Of a DNA stretch of 64,000 nt, positions 40,201 to 47,934 are shown one piece after another (the first letter of the stretch is position 1; each line of letters opens with the position of its first letter). A model generated the notes under the pieces. That model saw nothing but the letters and a program-made list of their open reading frames with translations. It was not told the DNA's origin and ran no database searches. The translations under genes were made by a program, and so were the position numbers. The stretch is taken from the NCBI GenBank assembly GCA_044226625.1, contig JBGAGQ010000008.1, positions 1 through 64,000 of the forward strand, in the 5' to 3' direction. Source of the DNA: Thermoanaerobaculia bacterium (lineage in GTDB: Bacteria > Acidobacteriota > Thermoanaerobaculia > Multivoradales > UBA5704).

Positions 40201-43200
40201 GTACCAATCGATCTCGAGCCGCCCCCCGACGACCGCGGCATTGATCTCGATCAGAGCCGGACGGGGCAAGCGGCCATCGTGCTCGACTCCGGGGGCCGCG
40301 GTGATCCAGCCGAAAGGCCCCCCGTCCGGCAGCAGGGCGTCGAGCCGGCCGAGGTAGTTGAACGCGATCTCCGGCTCGCCCAGGGTCGCCAGCTCCCTGC
40401 GAAGATCCGCCGGCCCAAGCTCTCTCAGGAGGCCGAATCCGCCGCCCTCGTGCGGGACCTTGCGCACGGCTTCTTTGACCGCGAGGATCTCGGCCGCGGA
40501 GTCCTCGTCCGGCGGCAGCTCGACCGACAAAGGATGCACGGCCGTGAGCCAGCCGACCGTGCGGGAAAGGTCCAAATCGCCGAGCAGCCCGTCCCGGCCA
40601 TGGCGCTCGAGGGTGACGACAAGCCGGCGCGTGCCGCGCCAAGGCTCCGTCGCCCGCGCCAATGCGGCGAGCAGGATTTCGTCCGGACGCGCCCGGTAGG
40701 CCCGGGGCCCCTCCTTGAGCAAGCTCGCCGTGAATCCTTCGCCGATCGTGACGCGCCGGCGGACCACCGCCCCGCGGAGGTTCGGGCCGGCCCCGTCACG
40801 CGGCACCTTGGGAATTCCCTGGGCGACCACCGAACGCCAGTAGGCGATCTCGCCCTGAAGCGTCGACCCATTCGCAAGGTTGCGAAGGTGAGAGCCGTAC
40901 ACGGCGAGCGAGGTCGGCGTGGGAACCGGCCTGGCCGGCGCTCCCGCCGCGAACCCGAGGGTCGCCTGGACCAACTCGTCCAGAACGATGCGCCACGAAA
41001 CGCCGTCGATCGCGAGGTGGTGGACGGCGAGGAACAGGCGTCGATCCACCGGCCCCCGTACGAGCACCGCCCGTACGATCGGTCCAACTCGCAGGTCGAG
41101 ACTCGCCTGGAGCGAGGTCCATGGCGTCGCTATCGTCTCGTAGCGGTCGGCCTGAAGCGCCGACAAATCGATCTCGGTCAGCCGTTCGAGGCCGGAGGGA
41201 GCTTCGATCCGCTGCTGCCAAGCCCCGGCTTCCTCGACGAAACGAAGGCGGAACGCACCGTGCCGGGCCACGACCTGTGCGAAAGCCTGGCGCATCGCGT
41301 GGGTCGGGACTCCCGCAGCGACCGAAAGAAGGAGCGACTGGTTGTACCAGGCGTATCCCGGGCCCGCGGTGGCGAGAAACCTCCGCTGGATCGGAGAGAG
41401 CTCGACCGGACCGACCTCGATCCCTCCTCCGGTCTCGGCCTGCCGTATCTCCGTGACCCGAGCCAGCTCGGCGATCGTCTGGTGCTGAAAGAGCTGGCGC
41501 GAGGCGAGCCGCAACCCCGCTTCGGCGGCACGCGCGATCACCTGAATGCTCAGAATCGAGTCGCCACCGAGCTCGAAGAAGTTGTCGTCGATTCCGACCT
41601 CCGGAATGCGGAGGAGCTCGCTCCAGATCTCGGCCAGGCGCGCTTCCACCGCCGTTCGAGGAGCTCGAGACGCGCTCCCGCCGGAAAGCCTAGGCGTCGG
41701 CAGCGCGCGCCGATCCAACTTGCCGTTGCGGGTCAGCGGCAGAGTCTCGAGCTCGACGAACGCCTGAGGGACCATGTAGTCCGGGAGCCGAGCGCGCAGG
41801 TGGGACGCCAACTCTTCTGCTTGCGAAGATCGGGCGTCGGCGCGCCGAACGAAGTAGGCGGCGAGCCGTCGGGTCCCGACCTCGTCCTGCCACGGAACCA
41901 CCGCCACGTCCCGGATCGAGGCATGCTCGCCGAGGATCGCTTCGATCTCGCCGGTCTCGATCCGGAAGCCCCGGATCTTCACCTGATGATCGATCCTCCC
42001 AAGCGAGTCGATCGATCCGTCGGGTCGAATGCGCGCCAGATCGCCGCTGTGGTAGAGGCGTGCGCCCGCCACGCCTTCCGGATCGGGACGGAACGAATCG
42101 GCGGTGAGGTCGGCCCGGCCGAGATAGCCTCGGGCGAGGCCCGCGCCGCCGATGCGCAGCTCCCCGACGCCCCCCATTGGGACGAGCCGCCCCTGGCGAT
42201 CGACGATCCGGAGGTGGACGTTGGCAAGCGGCCGGCCCAGCGTCGGGCGGTCCCCCTCGACGCGGGCCGCCGTGGCATCGACCGTACACTCGGTCGGACC
42301 ATAAACGTTGACCAGGTCGACGTCCGCCAGCTCGACGAGCCGATGCCAGAGGGCCGGATCGATCGCTTCGCCCCCGACCAGGAACAGGCCCGGGCGTGCC
42401 GACTGGTCGAGGCCGTTGGCGAGCAGCAGTCGAAGCTGGGAGGGCGTCGTATCGATCGCGTCGATCCGGTGACGTCGAGCCCAGGCGAGCAAGTCGGCGC
42501 CCTCGCGCCGCGCCGCCTCGGGAAGCAGAAAAACGGCGCGGCCGGCCGCGATCTGGAGCCACTGTTTGACCGAAGCGTCGAACACCAAAGGCGCGTTGAG
42601 TCCGACCCGCGCCACTCGGGAGTGCTGGTAGACACCCCGTTCGAGCGCGCGGACGAGGTTCACCGCCGCCGAGTGCCGCAGCATCACGCCCTTCGGCTTG
42701 CCGGTGGAGCCCGACGTGTAGATCACATAGGCCAGGCGTTCGGGCTCGATCTCGACGGCAGGCGGAGTCGAATCCTCGGCGGCGATCACCTCGGCGTCGG
42801 CGTCGGGACGGAGCAGGGCGAACGGCTGATCGGCGAAATCGGCCGTCGCGTTCGCCGCCACCACCAGAACTTTCGCCCCGGAGTCGGCGAGGATTTCGGC
42901 CAAGCGGCGGGTCGGCTGCTCCAGGTCAAGCGGCAAGAATGCGGATCCCGCCTTGAGAATCCCCCAGATCGCGACCACCAGATCGACCGTGCGGCCGAGC
43001 GCGACCCCCACCGGCGAATCCGGTTGCGCCCCCAGGACGATGAGCCGGCGGGCGAATCGGTTCGAAGCGCCTTCGAGCTCCTCGTAGGTGAGGGTTCGAT
43101 CTTCGGCGCCGACGGCGATCGCCCGCGGCGTCGCGCGAACCCGTTCCGCGAGGAGCTCGACGAGGTTCATGGCGCCCGGTCCGGCGGTCGCGGTGTCGTT

Positions 43201-46200
43201 CCACTCCCAAACCAGGGCGTGCAGTTGCGCGGTGCTCAGAGGATCGAGGTCGGAGAACCGCCGAGCAGGATCTTTCGTCGCGGCGGTCAAGAGACGGTCC
43301 AGCTGCCCTACCAATCGTTTGGCCGTCGCCGGATCGAACAGGTCGGTCCGGTATTTGAGGGCCACGGCCAAATCCCCACGGCCGCGCTCGGCGAAGGTCC
43401 ACGTCAGGTCGAACTTCGCTGTCCCGTTGTCGCTTCCCCGCGGGGTGAACGTCAGGCCGCCCGCGGTGACCGGCTCCACCGTCTCGTCGAGGACGATGAG
43501 GGTTTGGAACAATGGGCTCGACGCGAGGCTCCGTTCCGGCGCGAGCTCGTCGACCAAGACCTCGAACGGCAGATGGCGATGGGCGTGGCCGGTGAGAAGC
43601 TCTTCCCGCGCTCGAGCCAGCAGATCGCCGAAGCTCAGGTCGCCGTCGCTGTCGAGGTAGAGGACCAGCGTGTTGACGAAGTAACCGATCAAGCCTTCGG
43701 TCTCGGTCTGCGATCGGTTGGCGATCGGATAGCCGAGCGCGAAATCGTCGCGTCCGGCGTAGCGCGCGAGCAACGCGTGCGTCGCCGCCACCAGCACCAT
43801 GAACAGCGTGGCGCCCTCGCTCTGGGCGAGCGCCCGAAGGTCGACTACCAGGCCGGCCTCGAAGCGGAGCTCCACGACGCTCCCTCGGTCGCCGGCCACG
43901 GCGGAACGCGGCCTGTCGACCGGCAGCTCGACGAGCGCCGGGGCGCCGGCGAGCCGATCGCGCCAGAAGGCGACTTCGCGCTCGCGCTCCAAGGCGATCA
44001 CATCGGCCTGCCAGGCCGCGAAATCTCCGTATTGGAACGGTAGCGGCGCCAGAGCCGAGGGCCGCCGCTCGCGCGCCGCGCGATAGCTCTCGGCCAGATC
44101 TCCGAGCAGGACCGGCATCGAGCCGCCGTCGCAAACGACGTGATGGAGACAGAGCGCCAGGACCCCACGCCGCTCGTCGGTGCGCAACAGGATCGCCCGG
44201 TAGAGAGGCCCGCGCTCGAGGTCGAAGGGGCGCCGAGCCTCGGAGCTCGCGGCCCGCTCCGCCTCCGATTGCCTCCTCGACCCGTTCAGAGCGCGGAGAT
44301 CGACTACGGGCAGGAGGGGCAGGGACGACGCATCCGCGGAACAGAGCCGCGCGACGGGCCTTCCCCTCGTTGGAACGAAAGTGGTCCGCAAGACCTCGTG
44401 CCGCGCGACGACAGCCGCCAGGCTCGCGCGGAGCGCGGCGGGATCGATCGCGCCTTCGAGGTGGATCCCACCCGGCACGTTGTAGGCGGCGCTCTGGGGC
44501 TCGAGCTGGGCGAGAAACCACAGGCTCGCCTGGCCCGCGGAGAGCGCCGTCGGGCGATCTCCCCGAACGCGGCGGATAGGCGGCAGCGCTTTGCGGGTCG
44601 CACGCTCCAGGCGGTGCGACAGGGACCTAACCGTCGGCGCTTCGAAGAACTCCCGCAGGGTGATTTCGCGGCCGAGTGACCTCCGAAGGCGCGACAGCAG
44701 GCGGGAAGCGAGCAGCGAGTGCCCGCCCAGGGCGAAGAAGCTCTCCTCCGGATCCAGGGCGTCCACCCCGAGGACGTCGCAGAATTGGCTCGCCACCAGC
44801 TCTTCGATCGGCGTTCGCGCCGCGCTTCCTGCGTGCCTATCGTCGCCCGCGGCCGGGGCGCTCCCGACCGGTGCGGGCAGGGCGGCCCGGTTTACCTTAC
44901 CGTTGGGGGTAAGCGGTAGCCGTTCGATCGGCACGACCGCCGACGGCACGAGATACGCGGGCAACGAAGCCGCGAGATGCTCGCGCAACCGCGCCGGATC
45001 CGGAAGCGCGCTGCCGGCCGCGGGGGTGACCCAAGCGACCAGACGCCGGTCGCCCGGGCGGTCTTCGCGGACCAGCACCAGCGCCTCGCCCACCGAGGGA
45101 TGCGAAGCGAGCGCCGCTTCGACCTCGCCCGGCTCGATCCGGAAGCCCCGGAGCTTGACCTGGCGGTCCACCCGACCGAGGAACTCCAGTCGTCCGTCGG
45201 TGAGCCGGCGTACCCGGTCTCCCGTGCGATAAGCGCGGGCTCCCGGCTCCGCGGAAAGAGGATCGGGTACGAACCGCACGGCGGTGAGGTCCGGGCGGCG
45301 GTGATAATCGCGAGCGAGTCCGTCGCCTCCGGCCATCAGCTCGCCGACGACGCCGATCGGAGCCGGCTCCCCGTGAAGATCGACGACCCAGGCACGGGTG
45401 TTGGAAATCGGACGACCGATCGGGATCGAGGCCGCGAACGAATCCTCCTTCGCGATCTCGTGAGTGGTCGTAAACGTCGTATTCTCGGTCGGACCGTATC
45501 CGTTAATCAGGCGCAGGCGGGGCGCCGCGGCCAACAGTCGCCGGACATGGGGTGGCGAGAGAGCCTCACCTCCGGCGAGCAATTCTTCCAGGCCGGCGAG
45601 CGCGTCCGGCTTCTCGTCCACGATCTGATGGAATAGCCCCGCGGTCAGCCAAAGCGTGGTGACGCCAAAGCGCTCGATAGCGCCTTCCAGGCTCTCGCTC
45701 GTCGGAAGCTCGGCCGGGAACAGCGCGAGCTTGCCCCCGTTCAAGAGCGGACCCCAGATTTCCAAGGTCGCCGCATCGAACGAGACTGGGGCGAGCTGAA
45801 GGAACGTCCGGTCCGGCCCGAAACGGATGAAACGCGCTCCGCGCACCAATCGGACGATGCTGCGATGGCGGATCGAGCTCCCCTTCGGTCGGCCGGTCGA
45901 ACCCGAGGTATACATCACATAGGCCACGTCGTCGGGACCGCTCGGCGGGTCGGATGCCTCGCCGTCCAGCGCCAACTCGCGGTCGACGGCGAGCGTCCGT
46001 CCCGAGAATCCCGGCCACGAACGGGAGAGGCCGCTTCGGGTCACCAAGACCTTCGTCCCAGCGTCCTCCAACATGTACGCCAGACGTTCCGCCGGATGAT
46101 CGGGGTCGAGCGGCAGGAAGGCGGCACCTGCCTCGAGGATGCCGACGATTCCGGCGATCAGTTCGGGAGAGCGTTCGAGCGCGATGCCGACGAAGTCGCC

Positions 46201-47934
46201 GGCTTCGACGCCGAGGCCGGCGAGCGACGCGGCGATTCGTCGAGCTCTCTCTGCGAGCCCGGCGTAGGACAGACAACCGGCATCCGATTCGACCGCGATG
46301 GCGTCCGGGGTCGCCGCCGCCTGCTGCGCGAGCCGACGGTGGACCGAGATCGCCGGGTCATCGCTCGCCGTGTCGTTCCATTCGCAGATCAGCTGGTGGC
46401 GCTCCGCGGCACCCAGCCAGGGAAGGTCGAAGACGGGCGTCGTGGGAGCGGCGAGCCCGGCGGCCAACAGGCGTCCAAAGGCCGCCCCCCATCGTCGCGG
46501 AGTGATCGCATCGAACAGCTCGGTCGGATATTCGAGCGAGCCTCCCAAACCACGGGAGGTCGTCACCAGGGACAGGCCGAGGTCGAACTTGGCGGTCCCG
46601 GTGTCGACCTCGAACGGCTCGATTTCCAGACCGGCGATCTTCAATGCCTCGCGCGGTTCCTCTTGGAACGCAAGCATCGCCTGGAACAGCGGATTTACGC
46701 CTGGAATCCGCTCCGGCCGCATCTCCTCGACCAACCGATCGAAGGGCAGGTCCTGATGCGCCTGGGCATCGAGGGCGAGCTCGCGAACGCGGCTCACCAG
46801 CTCCGCGAGGCTCGGCCGCCCGTCCAGGCTGATCGCTAACACCTGCATGTTGACGAAGAACCCGATCAGGCCGGCGACCTCAGTACGATTGCGGTTGGCG
46901 ACCGGCGATCCGAGAGCGATCCGCTCCTGGCCGGCCAAGCGCGCCAGCAACGCGGCCCAAGCGGCGGCGAGGAGGTGGAATGAGGTTGCGCCGAGATCGC
47001 GCGCCGCCTCCGCGACCCGCGCGCCGATCCCGGCGGGAAGCTCGATGACCTCGGATCGACCGCTTCGGCTCGGCTGTGCCGGACGAGGTCGATCCGTCGG
47101 CAGCTCGAGTAGCGAGGGCACCTCGGCCAGGCGCTCGCGCCACCAATCGAGTTCCGTGGCGAGCCAGTCGCCGGACCAGGCGCGACGCTGCCAGATCGCG
47201 TAATCGGCGTACTGATACGGGAGGTCGGGCGGCGGCGTGGAACCGACCGACGACGCGCGTTCGAAATGCGCCGCGATCTCGCCGGCGAAGACTCGGAAAG
47301 ACCATCCGTCGTTGACCAGATGGTGCATGTTGAGGAGGAGCCGATGCTCCGCCGCACCCAGCGCGAGGAGGGCCGGGCGCAGGAGTGGCCCGCGCTCTAG
47401 ATCGAAAGGTCGCCGCGCCTCCGCGCTCCCGACGCGCGACGCCTCGCCGCGAGCGGCAGAGGCAAGGGCGGCGAGATCGACTTCGGGCAGCGGCGGCGGC
47501 AGCGGAGGGCCGATGACCTGCACCGGCTCGCCGTCGACCTCGCGGAAGGTGGTGCGCAGTACTTCGTGGCGGCAGACGATCTCCCCGATCGCCCGGCGGA
47601 GCCTCGCGACGTCCAGAGCGCCGCGGAGCGTGAAACCGCCGGCCTCGTTGTAGACCGGGCTCTCCGGTTCGAGCCGGGCGAGGAACCAGAGCCGCCTCTG
47701 GGCGAACGACGCCGGCGGGTCGCCTCGCCCTTGAAAGCGCTCGAACGGCACGTCCGCGGCCGCGGGAACGGCGCGCCGGAGGGTCTCGAGGATCTCGCCC
47801 TTGTTGGCCGCGAGGGCGCCGAGCAGCTCCGGCGTGAGGGCGCCCTCCGGGGCTCGGTAACGCAGCCGGTCCCCCTCCGCCCAGAGTTTTACGTCGAGCG
47901 TCCGCAGGCGAACCAGAAGGTCGAGCAGCTTCAT
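31249..47934 (-). CDS. Hybrid NRPS-PKS (5561 aa): TubC-type docking-C-A(Val)-T-C-A(Glu)-T-E-C-A(Val/Ile)-T-KS-AT-KR(degenerate)-ACP-C
   Basis: Real start is probably ATG 47934 (MKLLDLLVRLRTLDVKLWAEGDRLRYRAPEGAL, beta-hairpin docking domain; ATGA overlap), not 48201. Codes DALWLGGTFK (Val), DAKDLGVVDK (Glu), DAFFIGGTFK (aliphatic). E domain HHLAIDGVSW after a GGDS T. KS TACSSS/HGTGT/NIGH; AT GHSLG and RAFHS; ACP GGDS; terminal C HHLILDGWS. Confidence 0.95.
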   Translation of the reverse strand: MKLLDLLVRLRTLDVKLWAEGDRLRYRAPEGALTPELLGALAANKGEILETLRRAVPAAADVPFERFQGRGDPPASFAQRRLWFLARLEPESPVYNEAGGFTLRGALDVARLRRAIGEIVCRHEVLRTTFREVDGEPVQVIGPPLPPPLPEVDLAALASAARGEASRVGSAEARRPFDLERGPLLRPALLALGAAEHRLLLNMHHLVNDGWSFRVFAGEIAAHFERASSVGSTPPPDLPYQYADYAIWQRRAWSGDWLATELDWWRERLAEVPSLLELPTDRPRPAQPSRSGRSEVIELPAGIGARVAEAARDLGATSFHLLAAAWAALLARLAGQERIALGSPVANRNRTEVAGLIGFFVNMQVLAISLDGRPSLAELVSRVRELALDAQAHQDLPFDRLVEEMRPERIPGVNPLFQAMLAFQEEPREALKIAGLEIEPFEVDTGTAKFDLGLSLVTTSRGLGGSLEYPTELFDAITPRRWGAAFGRLLAAGLAAPTTPVFDLPWLGAAERHQLICEWNDTASDDPAISVHRRLAQQAAATPDAIAVESDAGCLSYAGLAERARRIAASLAGLGVEAGDFVGIALERSPELIAGIVGILEAGAAFLPLDPDHPAERLAYMLEDAGTKVLVTRSGLSRSWPGFSGRTLAVDRELALDGEASDPPSGPDDVAYVMYTSGSTGRPKGSSIRHRSIVRLVRGARFIRFGPDRTFLQLAPVSFDAATLEIWGPLLNGGKLALFPAELPTSESLEGAIERFGVTTLWLTAGLFHQIVDEKPDALAGLEELLAGGEALSPPHVRRLLAAAPRLRLINGYGPTENTTFTTTHEIAKEDSFAASIPIGRPISNTRAWVVDLHGEPAPIGVVGELMAGGDGLARDYHRRPDLTAVRFVPDPLSAEPGARAYRTGDRVRRLTDGRLEFLGRVDRQVKLRGFRIEPGEVEAALASHPSVGEALVLVREDRPGDRRLVAWVTPAAGSALPDPARLREHLAASLPAYLVPSAVVPIERLPLTPNGKVNRAALPAPVGSAPAAGDDRHAGSAARTPIEELVASQFCDVLGVDALDPEESFFALGGHSLLASRLLSRLRRSLGREITLREFFEAPTVRSLSHRLERATRKALPPIRRVRGDRPTALSAGQASLWFLAQLEPQSAAYNVPGGIHLEGAIDPAALRASLAAVVARHEVLRTTFVPTRGRPVARLCSADASSLPLLPVVDLRALNGSRRQSEAERAASSEARRPFDLERGPLYRAILLRTDERRGVLALCLHHVVCDGGSMPVLLGDLAESYRAARERRPSALAPLPFQYGDFAAWQADVIALEREREVAFWRDRLAGAPALVELPVDRPRSAVAGDRGSVVELRFEAGLVVDLRALAQSEGATLFMVLVAATHALLARYAGRDDFALGYPIANRSQTETEGLIGYFVNTLVLYLDSDGDLSFGDLLARAREELLTGHAHRHLPFEVLVDELAPERSLASSPLFQTLIVLDETVEPVTAGGLTFTPRGSDNGTAKFDLTWTFAERGRGDLAVALKYRTDLFDPATAKRLVGQLDRLLTAATKDPARRFSDLDPLSTAQLHALVWEWNDTATAGPGAMNLVELLAERVRATPRAIAVGAEDRTLTYEELEGASNRFARRLIVLGAQPDSPVGVALGRTVDLVVAIWGILKAGSAFLPLDLEQPTRRLAEILADSGAKVLVVAANATADFADQPFALLRPDADAEVIAAEDSTPPAVEIEPERLAYVIYTSGSTGKPKGVMLRHSAAVNLVRALERGVYQHSRVARVGLNAPLVFDASVKQWLQIAAGRAVFLLPEAARREGADLLAWARRHRIDAIDTTPSQLRLLLANGLDQSARPGLFLVGGEAIDPALWHRLVELADVDLVNVYGPTECTVDATAARVEGDRPTLGRPLANVHLRIVDRQGRLVPMGGVGELRIGGAGLARGYLGRADLTADSFRPDPEGVAGARLYHSGDLARIRPDGSIDSLGRIDHQVKIRGFRIETGEIEAILGEHASIRDVAVVPWQDEVGTRRLAAYFVRRADARSSQAEELASHLRARLPDYMVPQAFVELETLPLTRNGKLDRRALPTPRLSGGSASRAPRTAVEARLAEIWSELLRIPEVGIDDNFFELGGDSILSIQVIARAAEAGLRLASRQLFQHQTIAELARVTEIRQAETGGGIEVGPVELSPIQRRFLATAGPGYAWYNQSLLLSVAAGVPTHAMRQAFAQVVARHGAFRLRFVEEAGAWQQRIEAPSGLERLTEIDLSALQADRYETIATPWTSLQASLDLRVGPIVRAVLVRGPVDRRLFLAVHHLAIDGVSWRIVLDELVQATLGFAAGAPARPVPTPTSLAVYGSHLRNLANGSTLQGEIAYWRSVVAQGIPKVPRDGAGPNLRGAVVRRRVTIGEGFTASLLKEGPRAYRARPDEILLAALARATEPWRGTRRLVVTLERHGRDGLLGDLDLSRTVGWLTAVHPLSVELPPDEDSAAEILAVKEAVRKVPHEGGGFGLLRELGPADLRRELATLGEPEIAFNYLGRLDALLPDGGPFGWITAAPGVEHDGRLPRPALIEINAAVVGGRLEIDWYFAETCHRAETIERLAAAHREHLERLITHCRERRTSVLSPSDVPYSRLSVRELEILSSREIDVEDVLPLGPLQQGFLYHALAEGRGSSYVTDFRFSLTGRLDAPALRRSFARLVERHGALRTSFAWRNLSEPHQVIHQRAELSWRTADLRGLPEGEAGLRLGDLIEAERRAGFDLARAPLARVLLARIGDRRWSCLFLHHHLVLDGWSLPILLSDLFAFYRSELDLGEAPIDAPRPTRDYQAALAANRRADRERLWRERLAGIPVTTALPEDQGGPGAPPGAIEELVVRLPAPATAALVASVRRRQTTLNTFLLGAWTLLLARSSGSKDVLFGTTVSGRSLSLDGVAGMVGLFINTLPYRGEAPPRRAVATWLSSLQAALIDLQPFEAMALVDIQPLSEIPRPLPLFESLLVFENYPLGTDFAARLTDRLDLEIGGFGATERTSFPLALIVSPGDRLELRIQHGIARVDRAAAVRVLAHLQAILSGIAEASEEATVEDLPWLGEAERAEILTAWGSAPRAYPRESSLEEVFDERCARAPAAPALEFDGRCETYRQLGEKANRMARWLTTHGVRPGDFVGLLLEPSADLIVAMLGVVKAGAAVVTLDPSHPAERLAGMLADVSPRVLLVHRGLDRPLPNGTARRFDLDSFAAEIAAVDPSPLPIASFALSAACVIFTSGSTGTPKGNVIPHRAVVRLVCGTGDDVAASDRVAQLANVSFDASNFEIWGALLNGACLVGLPREAVLSPRRLGEEIRGRRISVLFLTTALFHRVAREAQTAFSPLRLLIFGGEACDPVAVEAAMAAGPGRVYNGYGPTENGTFSTWKRIEEVEAPIPIGRPVANSRAFVLDERLEPVPVGVMGEIYVAGDGLAWGYFGRPGATAERFLPEPWIHSGERMYRTGDLGRYRPGGEIDFLGRRDAQVKIRGFRVELGEIEATLADHPSVRAAAVVARRDGAGEIRLVAYVATGEEPVGGPALRAFLRERLPAFMIPADLFEMPRLPITPNGKIDRRALPEAYAAPAAAESEKPRSNLESLIAEVWCEVLGRESVAIRDTFFDLGGHSLLLIQVEDRLAERLAGSSVRPPSIMDLFEYPTIAALAEHLGGAPVPERRLRSSGGAGVESAIAIVGMAGRFPGAANVEELWANVCAGVESISRFSAAELASAGVPEALSRRSDYVPARGTLDDADGFDAEFFGYSPADAELMDPQQRVFLECVWSGLEDAGCDPRRATGRIGVYAGTTASSYWMNLVASGATSGIDRLRATLSNDKDFLASRVSYRLDLDGPAVAVQTACSSSLVAVHLACQALRLDECDVAVAGGVSISFPQRVGYLYVPGGTRTATGHCRPFDAGADGTLGGDGVAVVVLKRLKDALAAGDPVRAVILGSAINNDGASKVGYSAPSIEGQAAVIAAALRAARVEPGSIGYVETHGTGTPLGDPIEIRALTQAFGPSGEKPGACALGGIKANIGHLDAAAGVTGLIKAALAIERRTIPPLLHFVRPNPAVDLAASPFRAPRQLESWESGSGPRRAGVSSFGMGGTNAHVVLEEAPEPPVEPEAIGVPRLLVLSARTPTALSTAAERLATYLERRPDLPLADVARTLASGRRRFAHRRFAVASDLEEAVASLRRDDPGTPGAEAADVVFLFPGQGTLRPGAGRELYEADPAFRAALDEGSEGFLRELSIDPRSWLLADPGSGEAASALERTLNAQPALFALEMALARACVARAGQPVAMLGHSLGEYVAATLSGVLSQSDAVSLVAERARLMESLPEGAMISVALAEEGLSPWLASGFGEIDLAAVNSPGLCTLSGPIPAIEDLEARLAAAGIETRRLRTSRAFHSSATEPILGDFRRRLETFPLSPPRLPFLSNLTGTWIRDDQATDPGYWVEHLRRPVRFSQGLETLFATPGRAYLEVGSGGGLAALAARHPTAPSGTVFASALGRAGEEAGPERVRWLRAFGELWCGGVSLAWDAVLEGAGRKVSLPTYPFERRRFHLEAAGRFVESTPIGAAAAVQARAWGRSARPRPVAELPQHEIVGGGAVALRLAERLREAGVRAEVLGDTAGAAEPRCRWLSRLAGPDACRLVDLSELAVPAEPLDSLVELAGRFGTEAPRGSRLVAITAGCTAILGEARVTPERSLRMGLARALVERAGRGFKTVDFASRPSGAREVAATVELLAAELLADGEESAAWRRGERWVSRAEPVAPEAPISDALWLESRTDLGDFPTAEGGTIRWRCEHVATAGECDALDFRFGEALNAAVEGSAVLLGLRLEGDSSADALAEGEAALRVATSFLGACRDRGIERPAVATIGSSLAAHAFAEAAETLVEDFADGLSRPLALALRTDGELDVAAIEAALASGDRVVRLQRREAAAEAPSPMLPGHARPALSTPLRRPQPGSEARLAAIWADLLRIAEVGVDDDFFELGGDSVLAIQIATRAREIGVELTSRELFERPTIAQLLEPARGGTAERDVEQSPVTRDLGAPALESLAASMPAEIAAEIGDAYPLTPLQEGMLFQGLLAPESRTYVHSVHARVRGALDPDAFRRAWLWVVERHTALRTAFLWEGLERPLQVVLRHVELPWAEEDWRGVPEAEQELRLLDLLESERLRGLDPARAPLLRWVLVRRTETELDLVWLVHHLILDGWSVPRLLSDLFAAYAAFREGRSLEMAPAPPFRSYVAWLGSRDLARAEKAWRAELAGFSQSVPLPGARPLDRSAHERYAERRLELSTATTRTLEGLARQLRVTLNTVVQGAVGLTLAAGSGQDDLVFGATVSGRPPEVAGIEEMVGVFINAVAVRLRIDRNRSLRETLTDLQERQSRLREFEHTPIVAVQEWSGLPAKEPLFEALLVYENFPANPFPGRQIAGIELIPGLGAQRSSGHPLSLVVRPGRSMEIYFAYDVRRLDAAGVERLAQALSSTFDKFAEPGGADFTLGSLLASIEERFTAERRSAVAGLRARKLGRLLQSVERAPTGIAETVVAEGGEP

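Noticed and set aside
39385-44043. 1552-aa plus-strand ORF and other long antisense ORFs (18967-21954, 23613-25280, 54709-56400, 7715-8983)
   Set aside because: Shadow frames opposite high-GC NRPS/PKS genes; no recognisable motifs, and they fully overlap well-supported genes.
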